From the NCBI RefSeq assembly GCF_009914755.1, contig NC_060925.1: a DNA stretch of 64,000 nt; one strand, given 5' to 3'. Origin of the DNA: the human T2T-CHM13v2.0 reference genome, Homo sapiens. The position numbers were made by a program, and so were the translations under genes. Below are positions 42,510 through 57,382 of this stretch, in pieces (positions within the stretch are counted from its first letter, which is position 1; each line of letters begins with the position of its first letter). Under the pieces are notes generated by a model, which ran no database searches, was not told the origin of the DNA, and saw nothing but the letters and a program-made list of their open reading frames with translations.

Positions 42510-42825
42510 GGCTGGGCATGGTGGCTCACACCTATAATCCCAGAACTTTGAGAGGCTGAGGCAGGAGGATCACTTGAGCCAGGAATTGGAGACCAGCCTG
42601 GGCAACATAGGGAGACCTCATCTCTACAAAAAAAAAAAAAAAAAAAAAATAGAAAGTAAAACAGCCAGGTGTGGTGGTGCTCACCTGTGGTCCCACCTCC
42701 TTTGGAGGCTGAGATGGGAGGATTGCTTAAGCCCAGGAGGTAGAGGCTGTAGGATCAGACCACTGCACTTCAGCCATCATGACAGAGTGAGACTCTGTTT
42801 CAAAAAAACGAAAGGAAAAGAAAAA
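42510..42825 (+). mobile_element. AluJ
   Basis: Full dimer; degenerate TSD AAAGAAATATAAAAGTG/AAAGAAATGTATAAGTG. Confidence 0.9.
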
Positions 42826-42904
42826 GAAATGTATAAGTGGCCAAATCACACCTGAAATTCGACATAATTAATATAAATATAAACCCATTTAAAGATATAT
42901 TGAA

Positions 42905-43194
42905 GGCCAGGTGTGGTGGCTCATGCCTCTAATCCCAGCACTTTGGGAGGCTGAGGCAGGCAGATCACCTGAGGTTAGGAGTTCAAGACCAGCCTGGCCA
43001 ACATGGTGAAACCACGTCTCTACTAAAAATACAAAAATTAGTTGGGTGTGATGGTGGGCGCATATAATCCCAGCTACTCAGGAGGCTGAGGTAAGAGAAT
43101 CGCTTGAACCCAGGAAGCGGAGGTTGCAGGGAGCTGAGATGGCGCCACTGAACTCCAGGCTGGGAGACAGAGCAAGACTCCATCTCAAAAAAAA
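42905..43194 (+). mobile_element. AluS
   Basis: Full dimer with GATCACCTGAGGT diagnostic; degenerate TSD ending ATATTGAA. Confidence 0.93.
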
Positions 43195-43959
43195 AGGGGG
43201 AGATATTGAAAAATATGGAAAATGGGGAATATTACTGAAGTACAAAGAAGCTAAAATTGTATATTCAATAATGCTGTCAACTTATATATAACCATGTTAA
43301 GGTTATACTCCATGGAGTTTGTATCTGAATACTCACTTGAAAAATGGACTGGCTGAGGAGGAGATGTACAAATATATACAAGTATGTCAGTCTACTGTAA
43401 TTTTTCTCATAAATATTTAGAAACTGATGGTTTCTTAGATACACATAGTAATATATTCAATTTAGTGATATATTTAGTAAAAAATATGCGCAAGGCACCC
43501 CGTCCTCCAAATATCACAGGTCTGTGCTCTCATCACGACTACTTCTAGTCACAAAGTGCAGACGAAATGGCTATTGTTACTGCATGCTACCCCTGCCCCC
43601 CGCCCGACTCTGGCTGAAGTGACTTCTAGAGAATTTAAAGAATGAGCACCATTTTTCCCCTTTATTTTTATTTTTTCCTCTTTTGAGGAAATTAAAGGCT
43701 AGGACTTTCAAAAACAACTGAATATATGAGGAAAATTTGAAAGTGACTATGTATGTCCAGGGAAAAAAGCAGGTTCAGAAAAGTCCTGAAAAGACCTTAA
43801 ATTTACACCTCAGGTGGATCCTTGGCACAGAGAGTGCCTACAACAATACAAAAATCACAAAATCAATAAATAAAAACGTTAACAAAAAACAGCAAACCCT
43901 GGGGAAAGGGAAGAATCTGGTTTCCAGAGTTACCACATTATTAGATTAAAATGTCCAGA

Positions 43960-44260
43960 GACCGGGCACAGTAGCACAAGCCTGTGATTGTAGCACTTTG
44001 AGAGACCGAGGCATGCAAATAGCTTGAGCTCAGGAGTTTTGAAACCAGCCTGTGCAACATGGCAAAACCTGCCTCTACAAAAAAAAAAAAAATACAAAAA
44101 TTAACTGGATATGGTGGCACACACCTGTAGTCCAGCTACCTGGGAGGCTGAGGTGAGAAGATAGCTTGAGCATGGGAGGTCGGGGCTGCAGTAAGAAAGA
44201 TCATGCTGCTGCACTCCAGCCTAGGTGACAGAATGAGACCCTGTCTCAAAAAGGAGGAAA
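43960..44260 (+). mobile_element. AluJ inserted in L1
   Basis: Diverged dimer; flanks share GTCCAG. Confidence 0.88.
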
Positions 44261-44494
44261 GTAAGTCCAGTTTTCGATTAAAAAAACCATGAGTCGTACA
44301 AAGAAGCAGAAAAGAATTGTCCCTCAAAGCAAATAAATCAATAAAATGATCCCTTAAAAAGACCTGATGTCTACTAGATAAAGACTTTAAAATAGCACCT
44401 TAAAGATATTCAAAAAACTGAATTAAGATAAAGAGAAAGTCAATAAAATGATGTGTGAACAAAATGGAAATATCAATTAAGAGATGGAAAATCT

Positions 44495-44805
<311 letters not shown>

Positions 44806-45545
44806 TAGATGGAAAATCTAAAAAGAAACTAAAAAAATCAAGAGCTGAAAAATACAATAATTTAAATGAAAAATTCACTAGAGGAATTCAGAGGCACATT
44901 TGAGCAGACAGAAGAATCAGCAAATTTGAAGACAGGACAATGGAAATTATTGAGTCTGAGGAACAGAAAGAAATAAGATTAAAACAAAATATACAGCCTA
45001 AGGGACCTGTGGGACACCATTAAGCAGACCAACATACACACTGTGGAAGTCCCAGAAGTAGAGGAGAGACAGGAAAAAGAAGAAAGAATATTTGAAGAAA
45101 TAATAGCTGAAAACATCACAAATATGATGAAAGACATGAATTTGTACATCCAAGAAGCTCAAACTCCAAGTAAGATGAGCTCAACAAGACCCACATGAAG
45201 ACACATAATAATTAAACTTTTGATTGAAAGACAGAGAATCTTGTAAGCTGCAAGACAGAAGTGGCTCATCGCATACAAGGGATCCATAATAAGTTTATCA
45301 GATGATTTCTCATTAGAAATTGTAGAGGCCCAACAGCAGTGGGCCAATATATTCAAAGTGTTAAAAGCAAAAAGGCATCAATCAAGAAGTCTATGTTCAG
45401 CAAAACTGCCATTCAAAAATTAAAAAGAAATTAAAGGATGGTTAGATAAACAAAAGCTAAGAAAGTTCATTATCCCTGGAACTGCCTGGCAAGAAATACT
45501 TAAGAGAGTCTTCCAGGGTGAAATGAGAGACTATATAGTAACTGA

Positions 45546-46990
<1,445 letters not shown>

Positions 46991-47284
46991 AAAAAAGACT
47001 ACTCAAGATTATATATTTGTAAGCCTAGAGATGAAGAGACACATAATTCTAGAATATGAAGCAAATGTTAGAAAGAGTTACTTTAAAAACACAAACAGAA
47101 GGGATTCCAACATCTCAAATTGGAAGAGAGAAAAACTGAGCTTTGTTAGAACCAAAGATGACAGAAAGAGAAGTGACAACACTGAGTAAAAAGAAAGAAA
47201 GGAAATCTTATTTCCACAGGGAATAGAAAAGGTGCTAAAAGAAAACATTTTAACCCAGGACTAGAAAGTAAAACAATTTCTACG

Positions 47285-47630
47285 GTGGTGGGTGCTGCTA
47301 ATTATCCACTTGTTATTTTTTTCTGTCATTCTTTCTCAATCAAGAGAACCCCAGATTTATTCTATGCAATACTGTGCTCGCGAAATGTTGCATTATTCAG
47401 CTCTCCTTGTAAACAGGGTTGTCCAAAGTGATGTGGCCATGAAAGCTGGTATTGCTGCAGTCACCATATGACATGAGATGACTGAAGATGGAAACCAGTG
47501 CCAAAATGTAGTTAAGCACAAAGAATGAAACTGAGTCTCTGATGACCATAGAGGCCCTCATCTTCACCCTGGACTGCCTGTTTCTGGCATTTTACATGAA
47601 AGGAAGAAAACCACTCTTTTAATTTTGTTT
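47285..47630 (+). mobile_element. MLT1-family MaLR LTR remnant
   Basis: GCTGGTATTGCTGCAGTCACC...CTGAGTCTCTGATGAC...CCCTGGACTGCCTG motifs; heavily diverged. Confidence 0.55.
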
Positions 47631-50600
47631 AAAAAGGAGTATGTGCAATAATTTATAACTTTGTTTCTTTCTAGTAGGAAATAAAGACTGCCCATCTCCA
47701 GTAATGTTTCTGTCATCCTTTTTTCAGTCTAACATTTTTATTTTCTTTGACCTAATATGTAGAAAACGCTCATGACTTTGCATATGTGGTTTGAATTAAT
47801 GAAAAAGAAGAAGAAAAGCAAAGGGTAAATCTTGAACACACAAAAGAGAAGGTGATTTTATGTAAATATCTTTGTAAAATAACCAATGAAGTGAAAAACA
47901 CTTCAAATTCTGCTTACTTTTTAAATATCAATATTCAAATAGTTTTGTTTCAAAAATTCAAAATTCAGTTAAACACACAGAACTTTATTCTGATAATGAC
48001 AGTCTATTGACTGAGATCACATGGGAATGAGAAATGTAATAAAAAAGAAATGCTTAGATTATTGCTAGAAAAAAGTATGCATAAATTAGAAATACTTGGA
48101 CCTAGACATACTACAGTACTATGTGTTTCTAATTGTTGAAAATCATCACTGTGCAATATTTAAACTTAAACTAAGAATGCTTCATTTCTAAAGTTGGAAA
48201 AACTAATTTCAAGTGAATAAAATCATCTTCAAAATTGGATATAATATTCAATATTCTAAGTTCAGAAAGAAGTTTTAAACAGCAAGGCATTTAATATTGC
48301 CATCCAGATACTATTCTGATCTGCTGATGTGGAGTTTACTACTGACGTCAATCAGAAATTTGCTTAAGTAGGGACTGATGAATAGAGTATACTTCCTTTC
48401 TGGATTTCTTCTTCTATCCAGAAACATAACAGGAAGGTCATTTGTTTTAGAATAGAAGAGTATGTGAGTGGTATAAAATGACCTTGAATTATGATCTCTT
48501 CTGACATCTAATGTGTAATATGTATTTTTAAAATCTAGGAGCAAATACATAAAACTATAGGTAAGTGATAGACAAAACCTGAAAGAAGAAAACTCCTTTT
48601 TAAAAAACAATGTAACTCAGTCCAAGTACCAGTGAAAAATATTTGTATCTAAATGTGATATAGTTCTAAGAAGCAGAGTCATTCAGCCTCCAACAGGTTT
48701 GTGAAATGTATTTCAGGAGAAAAGAAATTATCAAACAAATGTACCCCACTCCCGCCCCACAGTAAAACTAAATGCAATAGCATGATAGCTCAGCAGATGC
48801 AATGTGAGGTTGCCCTGCATGTCAGCATGACAAGACAGTGTATAACTCTAGCTAAAAGCCAAACTTGTAGGGAAAGCATATTTGCTGTCCATCAAACATA
48901 GGCCCATGGTTGCAATAAATACTTATCTTTATCTATCACTGGCTACCTGCCTATCTTTAATTTCAGGCCCTTGAAATTTTATTTCATTAACTATTAAGAT
49001 ATGCTTGTGCTCTCCTATTTTTAGGCCTATTTCTCAAAAGTGTTCTATTTGTATAATACATCAAAAAAGAAGACAGTGGCTGTATGTTTCTTCCCGTTGT
49101 TGGGATATTTGGAAGGAAGGGAGTGGAGGTTATTTTGGGCAAGAGTTTGTCTCTGGTCAGCTGAAACACATCAGTGAAGTAATTTCTATTTAAGTCTTGG
49201 CTTTGTCACTCAGCCTGTAATAAGCCAGAACTGTCAAACAGAAATCAGAACACAAATCAGTAATGGTTGCCAGAAAAAATGGACAGAAGAAAAAAATTCG
49301 ATTTACAAGGCAGGAGGGAGTGGTCAGTGGTTACTTGCAGCACAAGCCAACAGTTTCCTCAGAAGTTTGGATCAGTAGACGCTATACACTTATTCAAAAA
49401 TCCTGTTGCTTACTTGGGGAGAGGGCTTATTAATTATTTAAAACGTGAGGACAGCTGTATTGTTCTCAGTCTGATTCTCAATGTGAAGAAAATAAGAGGC
49501 AATGTGGGTGAGTAGGACAAGATAGAGGCACTTTCTGAAACAATTTTAATATGAATTGCTCACTTCACTTTGAAATCAGCTGAATGCTAGAATGTCAACA
49601 GTCACAAACTTATGTCTCCTTCATGTTTTGACAATGTTCAGTGATCTAATAGCACCAAGTTTTGCAAACTCTCTTGCCTAAATGCCAATTCTGCATATTA
49701 AGTTAGCTCTGTCTCAGTAGGGGTGTCAGAATCTTGCTGATTTTCACTCACTGAAGTGTAAGGCTTGCTTCAATCAATCAGCAACATTCTCAGCAATTTA
49801 TCCATTCCATGTAAACTGAAACAAGATAATGTGTCCCATTTTTAAAATCTGGTCTATACTCGTCATTTTAAAAAGTATAATCTGGAGGCTCAGTCCCTTA
49901 TCCTTCTTCTGAAGATGAACAGTTTATCTTGGAATGGCTTTTCCCTGGACAAGATCAAATGCCCATGCTAAAGCAACTTTCCCATCATCTGCAATCTGCT
50001 TCATGGGATAAATAATACAGTCACAAAATTTTACTGATGAAGAAAATCTTAAAGATCACCTGTGACATTCATTTCATGTCACCACTGAGAAAACAGAACT
50101 CTGAGAAATAAAGTAACTTCCTCAAGAACACAGCACTTTGGTGCCAAAGTGTGGCCTGATACCCAGAAGTCTTGATTACCAACCAGTCCATCATTCTTGT
50201 TGGCACCCCTACAAATGTAACTGGAAAACATGGACATCAACACTTCTCTTTTACAAATTCTCTCTCTTTACAATTTTACTTGATTTTACTTTTTCTTCAT
50301 CTTGGAATCTTTTGTTTTAATACATCAGTTCCCCTTTTTGGAAATGTCTGTGCTAAAGGCCATTAATAAAGAAGTATTCAGAGCTGACACATCCCAAATA
50401 ATGAAGCTGCTAACCTACATTACCATATTATACTTAATAAAATTAATTCGCCCATGTAAACCTTGAGTAGGCAAATTTGCACTTAGAACACACAGAGAAC
50501 CATATTTGTGACACAGATAGATAACTATTAACTCCTTTTAAGCTTTCAAATGCCTTAGGATTTCAGAGTAAAGAATCAGAAAACTGCAGCTCTAATTCAA

Positions 50601-53139
50601 ATGAATCAGGGTAGAGCAGATGGTTGAAGAAGGAACACAAGCAAGAAGGAAATCTCCTGTTCTCCCTTTCTGATTACTTTGCCCACAGAGGAATAACGAT
50701 TCAGAGAAAATCAGTAATCATGGCGGATGTCATTAGCATATTCCCAATAAGGGAGCTTACGTAAAAATTCCCAGAGAAAATGAATGACTACTTGCAGATC
50801 AATTTGCAAAAGGCGCTCATCTCCAGCTGCCTCCCTTCTCCCAAAATGTGAATGATTTAAGACTTAAAAATTGAAGTTTGTAAAAGTTATGGGCAAATGC
50901 TAAAGGTTGTTTAAGTTAATAATGATGATTATTACAAGTAAAATAGAGCAGGTATATTTTCAAGTTTGTCAGTAATTAGTAGTACCTAATGTTTCACATT
51001 TCTAATTAAATTCCATTTGTGCTGCAACAAAATCCAAAGACTTATTAAAATATTGAATAACCCTCTCCCTCTCATCTCTTCATAATGGCTGATTAAGCAA
51101 ACTGCAATGAAGCACCTTCATTGTTTTATTGTGAATCCATGTGGTAAAGTGTGTTTTTCTCTCTCTTAATTGATGAGCAGAAATCATTGAAACAGCACAT
51201 CAACTCCATAGAAAAACTTGCACAAACAATTTTAAAAGGGGAAAAATTTCAACTCAGGTAACTAGGAATTTAGCATGCTTTTGTTGAGAAAATATTTCAG
51301 AAGTTGTGCTTTTAACTAAATGCGGTGCAAGAAAATGACAGATGCTTGCTTAAAGTTATACAGAAAACACCTGATAAGTTTGTCATTGGTAACCATTTCT
51401 CATTGTTCTCCTGTACAGTTTCTAGATTTCTAGTTATTGAGAGGGTACAAACATCCATTGCTCTTTGTCAAGTTGAATATTTAACCCTCAAACACAAGAC
51501 AGAAGAATTCCCTTTCATAGGAGGAATAGCAGTTACCAAATATGCAAACACCTTTATCAATAATAAATCTCCCTCATAAATTAACCATGAGACACAATAT
51601 TGGCAGGTCTTCATATTAAATAGAGAAGAGCTAGGTAATGCCATCATTGATTAGACCAGTAGGAAGCAGATGGTTAAATAACACAATAGGAAATGTCACA
51701 ATCGTTTTAATTTTATTATTGAAACCCAAACTTTCAGTGGCGGTAGACAGATTGCCTTCATTTTTCATCCATAAAACAAGCATCTTGAACATTTTATCAA
51801 AAAGAACTTTTTCTTACACTGGCATTGCAACCAATAAAACCTTTTATGCATGGCAAGTTGGCAGAAACTATTAATAAAATGTCTGTCAACTGCAAGTCGC
51901 TCTTTTTTTCTTTAGCAAAAAAGGGGGAGAAATCATTAATTACAGTTTCTGTCACACACAAAAGACACTATGACTGTTCTGATGTCTTAACAGCCTGAAT
52001 TCACCTAGTGACCACCTCTTCTGTGGATTTGAAAAGAGATGGGTCGTCATCCATCTAAACAAAAAGCTGCAGAGCTCTCCTAACACATTGCCTGTGTCTG
52101 CCTGGGCAACAAATGTGGTATTTTAGGTTGACTCTGAAAGAAGATTATGAATATGGATAGAATGCAAATACTTCATCTATCTTAATCAGAATACAGGAAT
52201 TCAAGCTGTTGAGGAAAAAAAAAAAAGACCTTAGAATTCCCATACAAGGAAAGAAATTTTATAGTGCTTATTGAATTTAGAAGACAGAGATTAGAAATGA
52301 GCTTAATGAATCTGTTCATCAGGAGGCAAGCAACAGACTTAGCAACAAGTGTAGATCAATTACCCTGATGACAAATAAATATAATGAACTTTCAAAGTGG
52401 GAAACAACTGTTTAACACAATTTAAGAGGAAAACAATATATTTTTTTTCCTTTTCTGGGTTGGCTTTGTCCTCCCCTTTCTACCTGATTATTTTTTTTCT
52501 TCTACTAACCACTTAAAAACCCTTTTCATTTCCCTGAAATGATCTTTCCTCACACAAGCTCCACATAATGGAAAAGAAAGAACACAACTACATAATTTCT
52601 GTAACCAAATATAAAGAGAACAAAAGGGCCAGGAATGACTTATATAGGTTCCTCCTGAATGTGCAGCAAGATTTTTTGCCATAACACTGTGTAGAAAACT
52701 GCCAGTTTTCTTTATTATTTCTATTTATCTGCTCCAAATGTGTCAACAAAAAGGTCTAGGTAGCTGGGTTCACCTGTCTTGGTTCCCCATTTCCTTTCAC
52801 TTTTAATAAATGCATTTGCTCCAGGCGCTAGCGTATTGAAATGCAAGAGGTTTCTTTGTTTGTATATTTAAGAAACTTTTCAATTTAGTGGACTTCTTAA
52901 TATGAAGACTAATAATTACAACACATCCATGTTGCTATGGTTTTTTTTTTAACAATATGGACTATAATTATTTTATGAGGTTCATTCAAGGATGTCTTTA
53001 CACAGGGTGGGATATATGAGGAGATGAAATAAGTCTAATCTTATAGAACAAAAATGCTTTATAATAATCTATAAATCTAAGAAGAATAGTTATAGATTCT
53101 TAACCTAAAGTTTATTACAATTTTATGTTGTGATATATC

Positions 53140-53345
53140 TAGATTCAAATCCTAGGACTACCTGTTATGAGCTGTGTGACTTTAAGCAAGTTGTTTAACC
53201 TTTCTCTACCTCAATTTACTCATCTGCAGAAAGAGGAAACTACTAATAGATACTTCATATAAGAAATGAAATGATGCGAAGTATGTGAAGTACCTAGAAC
53301 ACTACTTGGACAGAGGAAGTGTTACATAGTTGTTAGCCATTATTA
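53140..53345 (+). mobile_element. MIR SINE
   Basis: GATTCAAATCCTAG...GAGCTGTGTGACTTTAAGCAAGTTGTTTAACCTTTCT...CTCATCTGCAGAA. Confidence 0.85.
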
Positions 53346-53476
53346 ACTGGTCTATTTTTGTTTGATCTAAAGCCAAAAGTGAAAAGATGTGAACTGTTTA
53401 AAAATTCAAAGGCTAAAGCATACAATAGATCACTACTCATTCTTGACTGCTGACAGAATAGGTATGGCAAAAATTT

Positions 53477-53610
53477 GCAGTGGCTCATGCCTGTAATCCC
53501 GGCACTTTGGGAGGCCGAGGCGGGCAGATCACGAGGTCAGGAGATCAAGATCATCCTGGCTAACATGGTGAAACCTCGTCTCTACTAAAATAATAATAAT
53601 AATAATAAAT
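53477..53610 (+). mobile_element. Isolated Alu left arm (AluY/Sc-type) ending in (AAT)n
   Basis: GATCACGAGGTCAGGAGATCAAGATCATCCTGGCTAACA; no right monomer. Confidence 0.85.
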
Positions 53611-55659
53611 GAATGTAGGAACCCTCATTATGAATGAGCTACTGTGAAGGACTATTCCATTGGTAGATGGATGGTAAAGAAGACAGTAATGTTGGTAATT
53701 ATGAAGTATGTGTTGTTTTCTCTCAGAACAAATGTCTGCAAAAATCTAGCAAGTATCGTGAAATTATCTTGTTATAAAGTTGGAATTCAAGGTAAGAAGT
53801 GAACATGCTCTTTCTTACCATATCTAATATATGCATGTGTACACATTATTTATATATACATATATATGCAATCTTTATAATCTTTGTTTGAGAAAACCCT
53901 TTTGAGTAGAATTTTTTATTACCGCTGGTTAAAAATGTCATATCACAAGAATCTGGCAAGCATTCAGAACCATTTAATCTTTCATCAAGGCTTAATCAGA
54001 AGAGGTTTATATCTCTTTTGTGCATTGTCAAGTGCCCACCACAATTTGTCTCCCCCATACTGGACCGACAGATTGAGTGAATAAGCAAAGAGCCGGAACA
54101 TCTGAGTATAATTGCAGTGTCAGCACTGTTAACTGTATTTATGAGAAGAGAGTTAACACTATGACATTAATAATTTCATCAGATTACACATGTTTGCTTG
54201 ACAAACAAGCAAGCTATTCTCTTTAAATTATCTGTGACTAGTGCTGTTTTCAGCTGGAGAACAGCCATGAATTCCAGTTTAAAAAGAAAAATAAACTCAC
54301 CAAAACACCATTCAACTTACATTGTTATGTTTGGGGAAAGAAAAAAAAAATAAGTCTTTAAATATTTGCGTTGAGCCAGACTTTATAAATCCTGGTTTCC
54401 TGTCAATAAGAAAGAAAAAAAATGGTTAGGAACATACAATAAAAAGGAAGGGCCAGGAAGCATAATAATTGTGTCTCACTGTACTGTAGTTCAAAAATAG
54501 CTTCAGGCAGAGACACGAAGTCTTTTAGCTTGCCTTGACTTTTTAAACCACTAGATGCTCACCTGCAGTGGTTTCTGTGATTTGTGGCAGCTTACCAAAG
54601 GCACAGGATAATAAAGACAGTTTGTTACCCTCTAATTTTGGAGGGGCATAACACATGAAGCTTGTACAGCAATCTCTTACCTACATATTTCACTCCATAA
54701 GGGGAAACAATAAGAGAGAACATGACATGTATTCGAGAAGTAAATTACAATGTTATACTCTTTGGTCCAATAAACCATTGTGGGCTGTCATGCTCCTGAC
54801 TACTGAAGTGTTCTTTTATGCTACAGCTTAATCAGCTGGGTCTAGGCTCTGCTTTTGCAGGCCAGTGCCTTAGGCAGCATAAATGCTGTGATTCACACAT
54901 GTGATCACAGAAGCCTATATGGTAAGGACCACACAATCTGCCATGTAAGTTATTGGCCTGAGTGATGGATCTCCTTGCAGTTAATTTAGAAGATAGAATG
55001 GGACTTGAACCCGGTTGTTAAAATTATCACAAAACATTGAACCACCTGTTTGTCTTATTTAATAGGAGCATCTTGCTGGTGTTGGTTCTAACAAAGGTAA
55101 CGTTTCATCATTTGAGCCTAGAATCTATGCCCTTGTGAGAACCCCACAGGCAGGAAGCATCTGTATTTATGAAGCTTACATGAGACAGCATGATGTGAAC
55201 CTGAATGCAAAAAGTTAAAAGAGTTATATTGATTCCACTACTAGCAAGCCCCAAAACAAAAGCTTACCACTGCTATAAATACATGCAGAATTGGGTGTCA
55301 AAAGAAAGTATTTGGCTTACCTGTTTTAGTAATTCAGATAGTTGTTTTATATTCACTTTCATTATTCTTATGACAGTAGGTATTGTTAATATAACAAAAC
55401 CAAGAGAATGATAGTGATACATTTTATATTTATATGTACATATGTGTATACACATAATCTCCATTTATAAATATATATAATATAACTATGCTTTCTTGAA
55501 AAAAAATTAATAGATCTGTTTAGAAAGAATGAATGATATATCCTTAGGCTGAAAAAGAAAAAGATTCTTAACTCAGTGTCAGTCACTTAGGAATCATATT
55601 GCCAGAGTTTTGTATGGAATGCAAAGGATAAAGTATTTATGAAACAAAAAGATAAAACA

Positions 55660-56405
55660 CATCTCCTCGCTAAGATGGCTATTATTAAAACCAAAATCAA
55701 GTGTTAACAAGGATGTGAAGAAATGGGAACACTTGCCTGCTGTTAGTGGGGATGTAAAATGGGAGCAGCTACTGTGGAAATAGTATGGTGGTCCTGCAAA
55801 ATTAGACAAAGGACTACCATATGATCTAGCAATTCCCGTTCTCAGCATATACCCAGAAACATGGAAAGCAGGGATCTAAATAGATGTTTGTACCACAGTG
55901 TTAATAGTGGCATTATTCATAATAGTCAAAAGGTGGAAGTAACCCAAATGTTCATCTACAGATGAATGGATAAACAAAATGTGGTATATACATACAAAGG
56001 AATGTCATTCCTCTTCAAAAGGAATAAAATTCTGACCCATGCTACAATGTGGATGAGCTTTGAAGATATGCAAAGTGAAATAAGCCAGAAATCAAAGGAC
56101 AAATACTGCAGGATCTCACTTATATAAGAGGTACCTGGAATAGTCAAATTCATAAAGAAGAAAAATATAAAAGAGGTTACCAGGGACTGAGCACCAGGGC
56201 AAGTGGGGACTTATTGTTTAATGGATACAGAGTTTCAGTTGGTATGATGAAACAGTTGTGAAAATGGATACTAGTGATGGTGTGCAACAATGTACTTACT
56301 GTAGAATGTACTTAAGTAAATGTACTTATTGTCACTGAACTGTGTACTTAAAAGTGCTTAAAATGGTAAATTTTATATATATTTTCCCAAAATAAAAAAG
56401 ATAAA
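55660..56405 (+). mobile_element. L1MB-like 3' end
   Basis: ACTACCATATGATCTAGCAATTCC; GATGAATGGATAAACAAAATGTGGTATATACATAC; TTGTTTAATGGATACAGAGTTTCAG; A-rich end. Confidence 0.85.
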
Positions 56406-57112
56406 CCAAATTTCTTGAAAAAATAGAGCCCCTTCTCCAAAGAAACTCTTTGATATCCAAAACTAATAGTCTGAGTCTATCAAAAGAGAGCTAATATAAA
56501 TGTAGAAACTTCAATTCGAGTCAGATCTCCAAATTGTGGGTCTCGAATTGGATGGTAATATGTTCAAGCCAAGTCAAAAATTCCTGTATTCTGGATTCAT
56601 ACCCTTTGCCTATCCTAAAGACTAGAAAGTACTCATTAGTACCATAGAGCTAACTCGCAGGGGCAAAATTACTGCTGCCACAATGTTAATTGCTTAAGGA
56701 TAGATTTGATACCTTTAATAGAGAAATGCAAGTATAAAAGTACTTGGATTTATAAAACTTACTCTGTTCACCTTTATACACAACAGAGCATTTTAGCCTT
56801 CAAACTATGCACACATTTTTATGGGTTTTACCAAGGACATCTGAAGATTTGTCTGGAAGTACCTCCCAACAACTGATCGGTGTACTATTCTGCAATATTT
56901 CTGCTATGTGATTTTACTAGCTCTCTGGGTCATCTCCTATGTGTGTTGAGAGTTCAATGCAAGTTATTTCTGCTTAGAGCTGCTGTGACTTGAAATTCCA
57001 TTTTAGTGAGAGCTCACATTCTGTCCTGAAAATGTGTCGTATGCCTTATAAAGTTTATATCTTGGTTCACTCATCGAGGCACAGAGCATGTTTCCACATT
57101 AACATCATTTAT

Positions 57113-57128
57113 AAAAATAGGAGGCTGA
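57113..57128 (+). repeat. 5' target-site duplication of the ARID3B retrocopy
   Basis: AAAAATAGGAGGCTGA, identical to 61308-61323; preceded by TTTAT, an L1-endonuclease-like T/AAAA site. Confidence 0.95.
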
Positions 57129-57314
57129 GGCCCCGGCTGTGGCCCCCGGCTGCGGAGGAGTCCGAGACGCAGCTGCCGCGCCTGGGCCTGAGCGGCCGCC
57201 TCCTCCGCCACCCGAAAACCCGGAGTGCCCCGCACAGGTTTAGACCCAGTGTGCCTGGTGGGCTGTGCCCAGGTTCAGAGTCATGCCACTCTGTGGGTGA
57301 AGCTTGAGGCAAAA

Positions 57315-57326
57315 ATGGAGCCACTT

Positions 57327-57382
<56 letters not shown>

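Noticed and set aside
44820-45500. L1 ORF1 as a functional CDS
   Set aside because: Fragmented by stops and Alu insertions; fossil only
57225-57314. 30-aa N-terminal extension in the ORF track
   Set aside because: Starts at GTG in the 5'UTR; the recognisable ARID3B start is ATG 57315
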